Source: Podarcis vaucheri
Taxonomy: Eukaryota
Length of the DNA: 64,000 nt
NCBI GenBank assembly: GCA_965113315.1
Contig: OZ220374.1
Reading direction: 5' to 3' (one strand)
Below, piece after piece: positions 1 to 11,580 of the stretch; within the stretch, counting starts at the first letter, position 1; every line of letters begins with the position of its first letter. Both the position numbers and the translations under genes were made by a program. The notes under the pieces were generated by a model, which was not told the origin of the DNA, made no database searches, and saw only the letters and a program-made list of their open reading frames with translations.

Positions 1-1158
1 GGGTGGTTGGGGATTGTAGGCTCCGTTGTATAGGACTGTAGTAGACTGGAGGGATTGTGTGAGATTGCAAGACTCCTCCACCCAGTTTCAGGTGATTCTC
101 CCCCACCTTCTGCAGCAGACCTATAACAACACAGCCCATCCTGTTCCGAGTGGGGACCCAACTCTCTGGAATGGCTTTTCCAAGGGTGCAGAGGGGAAAG
201 TTTGATTGTGCAGGATGTTTTCCGCTCAGGCAGCCATTGGATCAAACCCAACAATTTTAAAAAATGCCTAAGAGCACAATTAAATAAATAAATAAATTCT
301 GATTTATTCTATTCATTTACGTTTTGCATGTAGTCACAGATCGGCTCTGGGCTAAAGCTTTTTTAAAAAAATGTATTTGAAAGGACTTCAATAGTATCAG
401 GCTAAAGTTATTGATGATCTGGTATTTAAAAAAATGGATTCAAGGTTTTGCTCACCTTCCTTTTAACTATTCATCCTCTTGTTAAAATTGCCCAAATTAC
501 TTTGTTGTGCCAAGGACACTGCAAACTCTAAATATTTGGCTATGAGCCAGTAATGGGCAGTCTCCAGAGAATTTTGTACATGTGATAGATTTAAACAAAC
601 CATGTTCACTCCCAGCTGAATACAAATAAGGGATGAACCTCTTACAGTAATTTAAAACAGTGGATTAAAAATCAGGATAGAGAGTGTATCTCTAGGCAAA
701 ATAAACAGCAGTGACATTGGGTTTACAAGCAGACACTGCACCATGTTTTCATAGCTCACTGGCTAGTGGAAATGATCCCTTTCAATATGTTTGTTGCTGT
801 TTTTAATAATGACTGTCTTCCCTATATTTGGGGTCTAGGGGTTACAGGGGAGACACTTAGCAATCCACATAAAATGAACACACATTTTCTCCTAAAATTT
901 ATATCCCACCTTTCTTTCGTTACGAAACCCGAGGTGGTGCATTTATGGTTTCCAAGTAGTCTCTCAATTATGGTTGTAAATTTTTTAGTGATTATGTTAT
1001 GTACATCTGGATCCTGATGATAAGGATAGACATACACATCTGATTAAATGCATACATGTAGAATCTTGGAAGTGAGCTGCTAGCATGCAATTCCCAGAGT
1101 TTAAGTAGTAAAACCTCTGAAAATCTTGTGACACAGTTGCATAATAATTGGCCTAAAA

Positions 1159-1292
1159 GAGGGCTGGGAATGCTGCATCCCCTCCAGATGATGGGGAACT
1201 CCCCATCAGCTCTGACCACTGAGCACACCAGGTGTGGTTGGTGGAAGTTGCAGTCCAGAAATATCTGGAGAGCCACAGGTTCCTCAGCCCTG
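1159..1292. mobile_element. Short palindromic hAT (Charlie-like) MITE, diverged
   Basis: agggctgggaa...cctccagatg...atctggagagccacaggttcctcagccctg; same family as 8128, 22808 and 57424. Confidence 0.65.
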
Positions 1293-1328
1293 TTCTATAA
1301 TCACCAGGTGTTGAAACTAGGAGAGTGT

Positions 1329-1512
1329 GGGCAGATCTACACTACACATTTAAAGCTCACCCAATGCACATAGCTTCCCCCCAAAGAATCCTGGGAACTG
1401 TAGTTTGTTGGGAATTATAGCTCTGTGAGAAGGAAACCACAGTTCCCAGGATTCTTTGGGAAATGTCATGTGTTTAAAATGTGCATTGGGTGTGCTTTGT
1501 ATCTCAGGTGGA
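1329..1512. mobile_element. Palindromic MITE, probably PIF/Harbinger-like
   Basis: Nested inverted arms aaagctcacccaatgcacat/atgtgcattgggtgtgcttt and cccaaagaatcctgggaactgt/acagttcccaggattctttggg; terminus gggcagatctacact. Partial copies at about 50822-50895 and 53790-53900. Confidence 0.65.
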
Positions 1513-1519
1513 GGGAAAG

Positions 1520-1742
1520 TCCTTGTGGTGTAGTGGTTAAAGTATCAGTCTACAACTTGGGAGACCAGGGTTCAAATCCCCACTCGGCAGTGAAACTCAC
1601 TGAGTGGTCTTGGGGCCAGTGACTGCCTCTCAGCCTAATCTACCTCACATGGCAGTTGTGGGGATTAAATGGGGAGAACAGTACCTTGAGTTCCTTCAAT
1701 AAAAAGGTGGGATATAAATGCAATAATAAATCAATAAATAAT
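1520..1742 (+). mobile_element. tRNA-derived CORE-type SINE (Squam3/MIR-like)
   Basis: A box tggtgtagtgg, B box ggttcaaatcc, CORE-like body, L2-like tail ending in (aataa) repeats. Confidence 0.8.
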
Positions 1743-2215
1743 TGGGAGCCCCATATGGGCTGCTCTCATTCTCTCAAAGAAAGAGAGGATTGTGTATATG
1801 TATATATAAGGAATACACAACGTGTCTTGTTGATTATGTTAGGTCTGAGGCCTGTTTCCTATGTTACTCTCCCTGTTCCCTATGCTTTGCTGTCCAGTTT
1901 TCCCATACAAACTGGCAAAATTTCCAGGTTGATCACTGCTCACAGGCCATTCATGTAGGCTAATAGCTAGCATTACTAATGGTGCTGATGAGTTATTTGT
2001 AGTTAAGGTCACTCTGAGCTGCAGTGATTCAGCCACATGGTGGGCACACATTGAATCTATAATCTTAATCTCAGGACATTTTCTTCTTCGCCTCTTTTTT
2101 GTTGCTGTTGTTGTTGTTCTGTTCTATACAGTTAGTCCCTAGATATTTTGCTAAATGTTTCACCAGGATTCCTGGAAATGCTCCAGAACATTAATCCCGA
2201 CTGTTCTATCTACAG

Positions 2216-2287
2216 GAACAGTTTGAGTTTGCGTTGACGGCAGTTGCGGAAGAAGTGAACGCAATCCTCAAAGCTCTTCCGCAGTGA
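2216..2287 (+). CDS. PTPRN2: Terminal coding exon of receptor-type tyrosine-protein phosphatase N2 (IA-2beta/phogrin)
   Basis: After acceptor ...ctgttctatctacAG (AG 2214-2215) the frame reads [26 protein letters not shown], the conserved IA-2 family C-terminus. The leading E fits PTPRN2 (TKEQFEF) rather than PTPRN (SKDQFEF). Confidence 0.93.
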   Translation, partial: EQFEFALTAVAEEVNAILKALPQ

Positions 2288-4305
2288 GCGACTCCTCGTC
2301 CCCGGAAGGTTCCCAAGGCGCTCGTCTCCCTCTTCCATTATCCTCGGTCCCTGTGAATGTCATTGGAAACCGTGGCCTGACCTTAACTTGTGTGTCTGCT
2401 ATTGTAACCACATATCGATAGGGATCTTTACAAACTTCTATTGCCGGTTAAAAGTCCAGCAGTTAATGTATATCCTTGTTCTTGTTATGGTATTCAGAAA
2501 TAATACACACTGAAACCTTGGCTTAAGAGACAGGAACAATCCCTCTAGTTCCTCTTAACATCCACGATGTTCTGAATCTCATGCGTTGAAAGCACATGTA
2601 CACCTTGTTAATAGAAAACACACCGTGTTGTGGATGCGCAGTGCATTCAGTGTATCTTTGGCAACATAGTGCTCTCTTGTGTATCTGTAAACTTCTCCAG
2701 GACTGAATAAAAGAGGCAGGGGGCCTAATTATTACTTTTTTGAAAATAATAAAAAAAACCAAGCGTAGGGGGTTGTTCTTACAAAGGCCAAGCAAGACCA
2801 GAGAACAATGCCACGTGTTAGTAAACACAGCTCCGACTTCTTGCATAAAGAGGCTGCGCCACTTCATGCTGCGCTTGGCAAAAGGAACACTTTTCTTAAC
2901 GGTTGTTTACTTTCCATCTTCTGTGCAATGAATAGAGGCAAATCTGAGCTCTTAAGTCCAGAGACCCGCACAGTTAGCACAACCAGGGATAAAAAGTCGG
3001 TCACGTTAGCAGGAGCCCAAGTTTCCAAAGAGCACAGCAAACTTTTTTATTGTGAATCACTGCCCTAATAGAGGGAAAGAAAGGCAAAGTAATTGAACTT
3101 CACAAGAGGGTTTGAAAGCCTCTGTGTTGGCAAACTGCTGAATGTTGATTTTCTTTCTTTCTTTCTTTTAGAATTAGAAGAGAAATTGCATCTACCGTTG
3201 TGTTTATATCTCGAGATTAATTTACCTTTTTTAAAAATCCAAAAGTGCATGCTTTTTTAAAGACCGGTAAAGAGATTTTTTTAGGAGCTTTCGGTCATAT
3301 CTGATTGAATTGCTAGCATATAGTTATTCAAAATTATAGCAGGTTCCTTTTTCCACTTGATTCCCAAATTTGCAGAATAATTTAAAACCAATAGTTGTTG
3401 CCTTTAGTTCTTAATCCACTTACAAGTAGCCTTATTTTAACATTATGTTACTTGCACATAAGTGCTTTTAGGATTGCTATCTTTTACTATAAAACTGTCC
3501 AATAATTCCCTTTTAAACATAAGAGGGAGTGATCCAGCCTCCTCCTATTGCACATGCAAAGCTGCATACAAAGAGGCTTCCATGCCCCCTGGCATTTGCT
3601 GATTTCAATTTGCTGATTGAAACGTGCTTTTGCAGGAAACATCTTCATTTGCTTGAGCTTTGAATTAAAGAAGATTACTTGAATTACTATGTAGTATGCT
3701 AGCTATTAATTATTTGTTTCCATGCTTCTAGCACTTAACTGTGGCTCTCAATCTGAGGTGTGTGTCTGTAAATTTCTGTACAGTTACGTTTTGTTTTAAA
3801 TGTATAATTTGGCTAGAACAGTTAGATCACAACATCCTGTGAATGAAATCACATGTTTCAATTCTTGAGCACAATCCACCAAGCACAGCTGAAGCACACT
3901 CTTGTCGGTTTCAATGGGACTTCCATGGCCCATCCACCGGCCACTACGGCTACGCATCCTGTCTTCGTCACACTTGCAAGCCCCACTGAAATATACGGAA
4001 GATGTGCATTAGCAGCGCTTAGAGGATTAGACCCTTTATCGCCATTGTTTAATGTAAGCATCTATGCGGCCTCCTAGTAATTAAAGAATTGTTTTTAAAA
4101 GCTCCAGATGTGTTAGCTTTCGTGCGTACATTTCTGCACACAGTTCCTGGCACATGGAAAATGTTTGGTTTGCACATTTTATTAGCGTATTACTCCTGTA
4201 GAGCAGTTAAAGCAGACTACTCTATCCTCTTTGTCTACACCTGCTGTATATTTAGCCACATCTTTTATTCCATGGCATCAGCACTTTAGATCTTCTGTAA
4301 TAATA

Positions 4306-4311
4306 ATTAAA
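4306..4311 (+). terminator. Candidate polyadenylation signal (ATTAAA)
   Basis: ATTAAA preceded by TGTA (ctgtaa) and followed by G/T-rich sequence (gggtgtggtt...ttttcattggttatttttt). Confidence 0.4.
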
Positions 4312-4598
4312 ATGGAAAGTATTAGGGTGTGGTTAAGGTAAGGGTCTGGGCCTTTTCATTGGTTATTTTTTTCTTAACAGGTTTCCTTTATTACTTTAGG
4401 AGTTTAGGGAAGGGGGGAAAAATCAGTTGAACAGCATCTGCTAGCATTCTGAATTCGATTTACTGGAGGTAAACGGTTTGCTATGGATTTCTGCACACTC
4501 ATGCATCAACTTTGAGATCAAAGCATAGATTCCGAAAAGGGAAGCTGAGCATACAGCTCTTTGTTATGAAATCCTGTATTCTTGGGGATGGTGTGTTA

Positions 4599-4808
4599 CA
4601 GTGGTCCCTCGGTTTTCGAATGTCTCTGTTGACGAACATTTTGGTTTTCAAACACCGTAAACCCAGAAGTAAACACTTTGGTTTTCGATCACACCTTGGA
4701 AGTCAAACATGCCACGTGGCTTCTATATTGAGTTTTCTGTTTTCGAACGTTTCATAACTCAGAACGGTCTTCTGGAACAGATTACATTTGAAAACCGAGG
4801 TACCACTG
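4599..4808. mobile_element. Tc1/mariner (Tigger-like) MITE
   Basis: TIRs cagtggtccctcggttttc / gaaaaccgaggtaccactg, with TA on both sides. Confidence 0.9.
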
Positions 4809-7800
4809 TACTAGCCTGCAAAGAAATGTCAGTGGATTTAGGGCAAATCATGCCATTGGTCCACATCTGGGGGAATCTGGTGCACTGTTTAGTTGGTTCA
4901 CTCCCATCTGTGTTTCAACCTACATTGATCTCTGCTTTCAACATGGTTGAAAACGACCCTACTTTGGACCAGGATGAGCTGAGTGGTCTTCAGGGTTGAG
5001 TTCCCATGATAAAAAAAGGGAATGTTCGGGTGTGGAGAGAACCTGCCCTCTTCCAAGACATGTCTACTGTGTCTGGTTATGCTTCCCACTAAAGAGGATT
5101 CTGGATATGCCCTTATATCTGCAGTGCACCATGCTGGCCACCACTCCACGTCTACGTTCAACCAGCTATTAAAACTATTTGCAAAACCCACTGAAAGAAA
5201 GAAAAGCCAGTTCTTTTGTACACTAGTTACTCACTAAGTCTTTAAGGGATCCCAATTATTGGAAGGAACAACTAGCCTTCCTAGTTTCTTATCGGCAAGA
5301 AATGTTTTTTAAAAACCTGAGTAAGCATGCATAGAATTGTGCTGCAAGTCCATTTTTCTTTGTCCTTCTGATCTCCCTTTCCCAGCTCTAGAGGTGCTAA
5401 AGTATCCATGATTAAAGTATTTCATACTCTCTTAAGCCTGCTGTCTTGTAATGCTGATTTATAAGTCCCACTGAAGGCAAGACACTCTACAGAGCAAACG
5501 TGTATAATTTGAACTGTAGGCGGTTACTTCTGTTTCTGTTTTGAAGCAATTTCAAGCCTTCTCCCATAGCTCACTGATTGGCTATTCAATCATTTCTTTG
5601 AAAGTGTCTAACATAATTCCATGTAAAGGCCCTGAATCCTGCAAGACACATGTTCAGGCACTGTCCACTTTAATCGCACAGTGTCCCTCTTTGAGAAAGG
5701 GCGGGGCTTTCAATTCTGCCCTATACATTAAGCCCTAAATCTTAAATATGTTTGGCATTGTTGCACCTGACAACAGTGGCCATCTGTTTGTTCAATACTG
5801 CATGCACAACTCCTAATTCAGTAATCAGAACGGTCTGGCAAACCAGATTACTGAAAGCAGGTAACTGTCCTGGGTACCAGTTTTGCAGTACTGTCTCACT
5901 CATCCACATCTTGATGAACCCAGGAACTCTGCTCAGATGGACCCAGGTTAATATGCCCAATTGCAAGAGAGTGTCTCATACGGTGCAGTCCAGTGTGCTG
6001 AGTTTGTATCTAAGCTGGTAGCCATAATAGCACTGATTAATACTTTGCCATTCAAGAGGTTGCCTGTGTGATGTTCCTATGGCTGGGCTCAGAAACTGAA
6101 TCCAGGCTATATAAGAATATAGCAGTGAACTGCTATACACACATATATTTGGATCAGAATCATGTACATAGAGTGCCATTCTATTAGATACATTTGGCCC
6201 ACCATCAGCAATCCTCTGCCCTAGAATCTATCCATCTTTCATTCAAATGAATTGTGATTTCAGAATTTTCACCATTTTAATCTCTGTTCTGGATGTATAA
6301 CTTAAGTGTTCGTAGTTTGTGTTAATAGCTAATTGAGGAAAAGGAATATCACAAGCACTCGGATTTGGGATGAACTGAACATCTGAGAAGTTCTGCTTTT
6401 TATTATTTTATAACTATACTTTTTATCGCTGATTAATTTTCAGTACTGCTTTAAATAGTTTAGACTTACAATGGAAGCGAAGACATCTCCTAGAACAGTG
6501 ATGTCACGCTGTTACAATGATATTCTAGGTACTTGGCTCACCTCTGGCAAATCACTGTGTGTTTTTATTATTCTAATTTCCATACAAATGGGTCCATTCC
6601 AACTTCAAAAAGGAAGTTCTAAACTGGGGGGGGGATCCCAACACGCATATGCTCCTTTTGTGAGTTCCAGATCACTGGGACAGCTGCTCATGTTTCATAG
6701 GTTGACCTGCTGCAGACATGCTCCCATGGACATGCTCAGCCTGGCACATGTGTCCTAAAAACCCGAATAAAGCTTATGGGAATGGCATAAGTCATGGGCA
6801 TTTCCACAGTTGCCAATTTCATGGGGAAGAGCCGCACAATACATCATTCTCATGCAATGCTCAGCCAACTGGGATGGCCTTAGGGAAATGGCTTGTTACA
6901 CAGCAGTGCAAGTACAGCACTGTACAGCAGTGCAAGTGCAGTACAGTATCCAGGATTTCTTATACACAAGAAGAGGCCTTCTGGTTCAGATCAACGGCAC
7001 ATCTAGTCCAATAACCCAAAAGATTAAAAAGTCAGCTCTTCAAAGTTAAATATTAGAGAAGCCACTCTAGCCAATTACGACAACATTAACCATAGATAAC
7101 AATTTCCTTCTATTGTCCATGCACTTCCCATGAGATTTGTGAGGAGGGGTTTTATAGCTATCACCAAACCTCTTGATGTATAGTTCCATAAAATCCAAAT
7201 TACAAGGGGCTTGCAGAACAGTCTTCCAAAGTTCCAAAAGCCGTCAGGTTTTCTCCAAGGGTTGCTGGAATGACTCTGGCTCTGAATGGGCTGACGTCAC
7301 AAATAAATGAAACTCAGTGCATACACAGCCCTTCAGATGAGTGGAATTTAATTCTTCCCCAGCAGTAACTAAAACCCTAGAGTAAAATGTCCATTGCACA
7401 TATTTCCTAAAATAGATGTATAATGCTACTCCAACACATCCCACAGAGGAATGACAGCAGTATTGCCTGTAATTTGGGGGTTTGTGCTTTATTAATCAAG
7501 TAGAATGTTAATATAAAACAGCCCAACCTCATAATTACTGGGACAGACATTAATTTTTTTTAAGGAACAAAGCCTGTTTATTGGAATATAATTTTGATTA
7601 GTTTTTGTTACAGAACAATAGTTACCTTTTTAATTTACATTTTGCCTATGTGTTTAGGGAACTCTCTTAGTGAACATGTTTCTGATGATTCGCTTTTTTA
7701 AAATGTATAGTTGCTATTACTCTGCTTTGCAAACTGTTGCTATGCTTTTATGCTTAAAACTTCATTTGGCATTTTAAAAACATTTCATCATTTAGGCCAT

Positions 7801-8127
7801 TTGTAAAAATCTAATAACTGAACAAAAAATGAAATGTGTGAGGCTGAAAGCACAATCCTATACATGCCTATTGCAGACCCAGTCCCACTGACCCAAGGCA
7901 ATTTACTCCCTGTCAGTTTGTAAAGAATTGCAGCCTTAATCTAATTAAAAGCTTGGCAGATTTCCCCTTAGTTACCTCCCTCTAACAAAACATTAACACC
8001 AGCAGGATTTTATCTGACAGTGGGTGTGATCCACCAAGTGTGGACCACTTCCATTCATTCCATTCATTTCAGTGTGACTTTGGCAGAGTGCCAGTGGGGT
8101 TATTATGTGAGAGCAGGCATTTTAGTG

Positions 8128-8251
8128 CATGGGTGGGAAGAACCTGTGGCCCTCCAGGTGTTGCCGGACTACAACTCCCATCATCCCTGACCGTTGGCCA
8201 TACTGGCTAGGAATTGGAGTCTTCCAAGAGGCCACAGGTTCACCATCCCTG
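8128..8251. mobile_element. hAT (Charlie-like) MITE
   Basis: Inverted aacctgtggcc/ggccacaggtt with internal ggactacaactcccatcatccctg. Further diverged or partial copies at about 11820, 12630, 16813, 24233, 46514 and 48160. Confidence 0.75.
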
Positions 8252-8453
8252 TTTTTTAGCAGATCGCTCCTGGTGTCCCTCTGCATGGTGTTTGTACCGT
8301 ATCCATCCAACCACATAACTTGTTTGGTCTTTGAAAAGTTTCTCTTGTTCAGTTAAATATATTAGATATGTATATAATTAAAACAAAAACAAAAAATAGC
8401 ATACAAAGTATTTTGTTCTACCTCTGTAAAAAAAAAACCACACCTCACTTGTG

Positions 8454-8459
8454 AATAAA
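8454..8459 (+). terminator. Candidate distal polyadenylation signal (AATAAA)
   Basis: AATAAA with upstream TGTATATA (8369-8376) and TGTA, and downstream GT-rich elements (tgctgtctgtgg; gtctgttgttttgttt at 8511). Confidence 0.45.
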
Positions 8460-8842
8460 GTTATGCTGTCTGTGGAGTTCTTTGACTACTGCAAAAAAAG
8501 AAAGATAAAAGTCTGTTGTTTTGTTTCTAAAGCAGGGGGGTGGCTTGAAGATGGGGGAGTAGGCTCGAAGGTTCTGGAACTCTTACCCTACAAGACTGTC
8601 TACAACTCTGCCCCCACCAGCTAAATATTTCCTTCCCTTTGCACTGCCATTTACTGCCATCTCTACTGGTCCTGATAGCCCAGAATGCTTCCCCATGATT
8701 CTGCAGATGAACACAGATATATGCAGTTTTGAAGAAGGCGGACCTCTTCAATATGCAAATACTATAAGGAAATAAGAGACTGAGCCTGGAACTGGGCACC
8801 AACAGCCACTAGGAAAAGCAAGAACGCAAGTTGAGTATTGAT

Positions 8843-9002
8843 GGGGAAGAGACTGTGGCAGAGAATCAGCTTTGCACAGAAGGTTCAATTCCCAACCTCT
8901 CTAGGTTAAGCTGGGAAAGACTCCTGCCTGAGACCCTGGAGAAGTACTGTCAGTCTGTGTAGACAATACTGTGCTAGATGGACCAGTGTATAACACAGCT
9001 TA
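8843..9002 (+). mobile_element. Diverged tRNA-derived SINE
   Basis: B-box-like ggttcaattcc and body gactcctgcctgagaccctggag...gtgtagacaatactgtgctagatggacc, shared with 26121, 31640 and 59405. Confidence 0.6.
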
Positions 9003-9508
9003 TTACGCGCCTATTGCAAAGCCCAAATCCAAGGGCACAGTACTGGAAGCCATTAAAAAAACCTACAGCTGAAAATTGGGTACCAGAGGTAGCAGTCTCA
9101 TTCCACCTAATAGGAATGAGTACCGAGAGCTGGGCTAGGTGGACCTTTGGCCTGACCCAGCAGGTATTTTCTTGTGCCCATCAGCCCTACTTGCCTACCT
9201 GGCAGGTTCAGCCCAGCTACATGTTCATAAGAACTGCATCGAGTAACTCTTGCTAAACTGCAACTTCAGACTCCAGGTGTGGAACTGCACCCAACGATTA
9301 AAAACAAGCAAACGGAAATAATAATTTATTTGTACCCTGTCCATCTGACTGGGCTGCCCCAGCCACTCTAGAATGGTCACAAATAGAATCATGGAGTTGC
9401 AGAGTTGGAAGGTTACAGATAGGTAGCCGTGTTGGTCTGCCATAGTCAAAATAAAAAATAAAAAATTCCTTCCAGTAGCACCTTAGAGACCAACTAAGTT
9501 AGTTCTTG

Positions 9509-9546
9509 GTATGAGCTTTCGTGTGCATGCACACTTCTTCAGATAC
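9509..9546 (-). ncRNA. Minimal type I hammerhead ribozyme motif (mirror copy)
   Basis: Exact reverse complement of 9670-9707, located in the other arm. Confidence 0.72.
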
Positions 9547-9669
9547 ACTGAAACAGAAGTTGCCAGCTATCTCAGCTATCTGCCAATCTCCCATTCCCAC
9601 CACCCTTCTGAGTAATACCCCTCCCCACCTTCTCTCTATATAGAAGGATCTGGCAACTTCTGTTTCAGT

Positions 9670-9707
9670 GTATCTGAAGAAGTGTGCATGCACACGAAAG
9701 CTCATAC
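9670..9707 (+). ncRNA. Minimal type I hammerhead ribozyme motif
   Basis: GUAU-CUGAAGA-A-GUGUGC-AU-GCACAC-GAAA-GC-UC-AUAC: intact core, helix I GUAU/AUAC, helix II hairpin, palindromic AGCU in place of helix III. Confidence 0.75.
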
Positions 9708-9944
9708 CAAGAACTAACTTAGTTGGTCTTTAAGGTGCTACTGGAAGGAATTTTTTATTTTGAGAGTTGGAAGGGACACTGAGGATCAAATTGTCCCACT
9801 CTCTGCAAAGCAGGAATATGCAGCTGTCCCATATGGGAATCGAACTTGCAACCTTGGCATTATCAGCACCATGCTCTAACACTAGCATGTTAAGAAATGC
9901 ATAGGGAGAAGGAACATTTGTTTCTGGCATGTTCGTGCTCTACA

Positions 9945-10165
9945 GAGGAGCATATGGGACCTGGGAGACCAGGATTTGAATTGTGATTCAGCGCTCATTT
10001 ATGGAACTCACCTAGGGCTAATTGCTGTCTCTGAGCCTCTCTGTCTATTTCACAGGTTGTTGCGAGGATAAATTGGGGAGGTGGAGAATCATATATGCCA
10101 CTTTGAGCTCCTTTCGAAGACAGGTGGGCAATAAATGGAGTAACAACAATGTAAGAATGAATAAT
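9945..10165 (+). mobile_element. Diverged Squam3/CORE-type SINE
   Basis: ggacctgggagaccagg...tcacaggttgttgcgaggataaa...ctttgagctcctt, similar to 1520-1742. Confidence 0.65.
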
Positions 10166-10471
10166 AATGTGATATATGCAGAATGTCTCTTATACCTGCA
10201 GTCTGGCGAAGGCACAGGCCAGCAAAAGTTTCACAATGTGAATCTACTTATTATGCAGCTTGGCTCTTAAATTCAGTATTGCTGTACTACATGTCCTGAT
10301 AGTTCAGGACATGCCAGCAACCTGAAAGCAGAGCTACCTGCCCAAATGCGGGAAGCAAAGTATTTATTGCCTCATTAAAAAATGCTGGAGTGTCTTGTAT
10401 TCTGAAATTCTGGGAATTTTAATACTTGGGGAATGGGGTTTGGGGTGCCGAAGGGAAGTTCTTAGTCCACT

Positions 10472-10615
10472 NNNNNNNNNNNNNNNNNNNNNNNNNNNNN
10501 NNNNNNNNNNNNNNNNNNNNNNNNNNNNNNNNNNNNNNNNNNNNNNNNNNNNNNNNNNNNNNNNNNNNNNNNNNNNNNNNNNNNNNNNNNNNNNNNNNNN
10601 NNNNNNNNNNNNNNN
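10472..10615. other. Assembly gap (144 N)
   Basis: Run of N. Confidence 1.
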
Positions 10616-11067
10616 TGGAGGCAGAACAATAGCGCCAGTCTCTGAGTGACAGTAATGTCTGGCACAAGGATGCTGAGGCTGGTGCCTGTCTCCTGCTGCT
10701 TGACACATTATGATGCTGAGTTAGACGCTGCCATGTGTCTCAGTCCTCGTGATTATACACAGGGCGCTGAACTCTCGGTTGACATAGTCGCATCACTAAT
10801 AAATCCGGCCATCTTTTCAAGGTTTTCAAGCTGGTCTTTAGTCAAGGCCTTGGAAGCACTTGTTCTTTCTCCGTAATCTGAAATCCTCCCCACTACCACT
10901 GACTTTGCTAATGTGACAAATCTACAGCCTTGTGGGAATTCAAAAGACAGACAGATACTTCTGCTACACAGGATTGCAGATAGCAAGCTCAGCTCATTCC
11001 AGATAATATTTAGTGACAGCAGCCCATTTAGTACGGTATCTTAGCAAATCATCATTTATGTATACAC

Positions 11068-11580
11068 TCATAGAATTGTAGAGTTGGAAGGGACTCGTAG
11101 GGTCATCTAGTCCAACCCCCTGCAATGCAGGAATCTCAACTAAAGATGGCCCCCCAGCCTCTGCTTAAAAACCTCCCAAGAAGGAGAGTCCACAACCTCT
11201 CAGGGGAGTCTCTTCCACTGTTGAACAGCTCTTACTGTCAAAAAGTTCTTCCTGATGTTTAGCCAAAATCCCCTTTCTCATAATTTTAATCCATTGGTTT
11301 AAGTCCTGCAGGAGAAAACAAGCTTGCTTCCTCTTCCATGTGACAGCCCTTTAGATAGCTGAAGATGGCTAGCTTATCTTCTCTCGGTCTCCTCTTTTCC
11401 AAGCTAAACATACCCAGCTCCCTCAGCCATTCCTCATCAGGCTGGGTTTTCAGACTCTTGATCATCTTGGTCACCCTCCTCTGCACACGTTCCAGCTTTC
11501 CAATATCCTCCTTAAATTGTGGCACCCAGAACTGGACACACAACTCCAGGTGGAGCCTGACATAAGCAGAACAGAGGAGT
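11068..11580 (-). mobile_element. CR1 LINE 3' fragment
   Basis: ORF2 C-terminus HLELCVQFWVPQFKEDIGKLERVQRRVTKMIKSL...LRELGMFSLEKRR, and CR1 tail (attctatg on the minus strand). Confidence 0.9.

Larger units (their letters stand above)
2288..8480 (+). other. PTPRN2: Putative PTPRN2 3'UTR (maximal extent; shorter isoforms may end near 2730 or 4330)
   Basis: AT-rich, TE-poor sequence after the stop codon. AATAAA at 2706-2711, ATTAAA at 4306-4311, AATAAA at 8454-8459. The extent is inferred. Confidence 0.45.
9413..9762. mobile_element. Penelope-like element fragment (inverted pseudo-LTR arrangement)
   Basis: 112-bp inverted arms at 9455-9566 and 9650-9761 (one mismatch); 12-bp TSD agagttggaagg at 9401-9412 and 9763-9774; end ttacagataggtagccgtgttggtctg typical of reptile PLEs. 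Confidence 0.85.
9383..9885 (-). mobile_element. tRNA-Ile-derived SINE with CR1-type tail, interrupted by a Penelope-like insertion
   Basis: Minus-strand head ttagagcatggtgctgataatgccaaggttgcaagttcgattccc resembles tRNA-Ile; tail cccttccaactct...atgattctat is a CR1 3' end. Confidence 0.75.

Noticed and set aside
9455-9761. Long hairpin as a miRNA precursor (for example miR-153)
   Set aside because: It is explained by the Penelope inverted arms. No miR-153 sequence is seen, and that miRNA lies in an upstream PTPRN2 intron in mammals.
9810-9885. Functional tRNA-Ile gene
   Set aside because: It is truncated, diverged and fused to a CR1 tail, so it is a SINE head.
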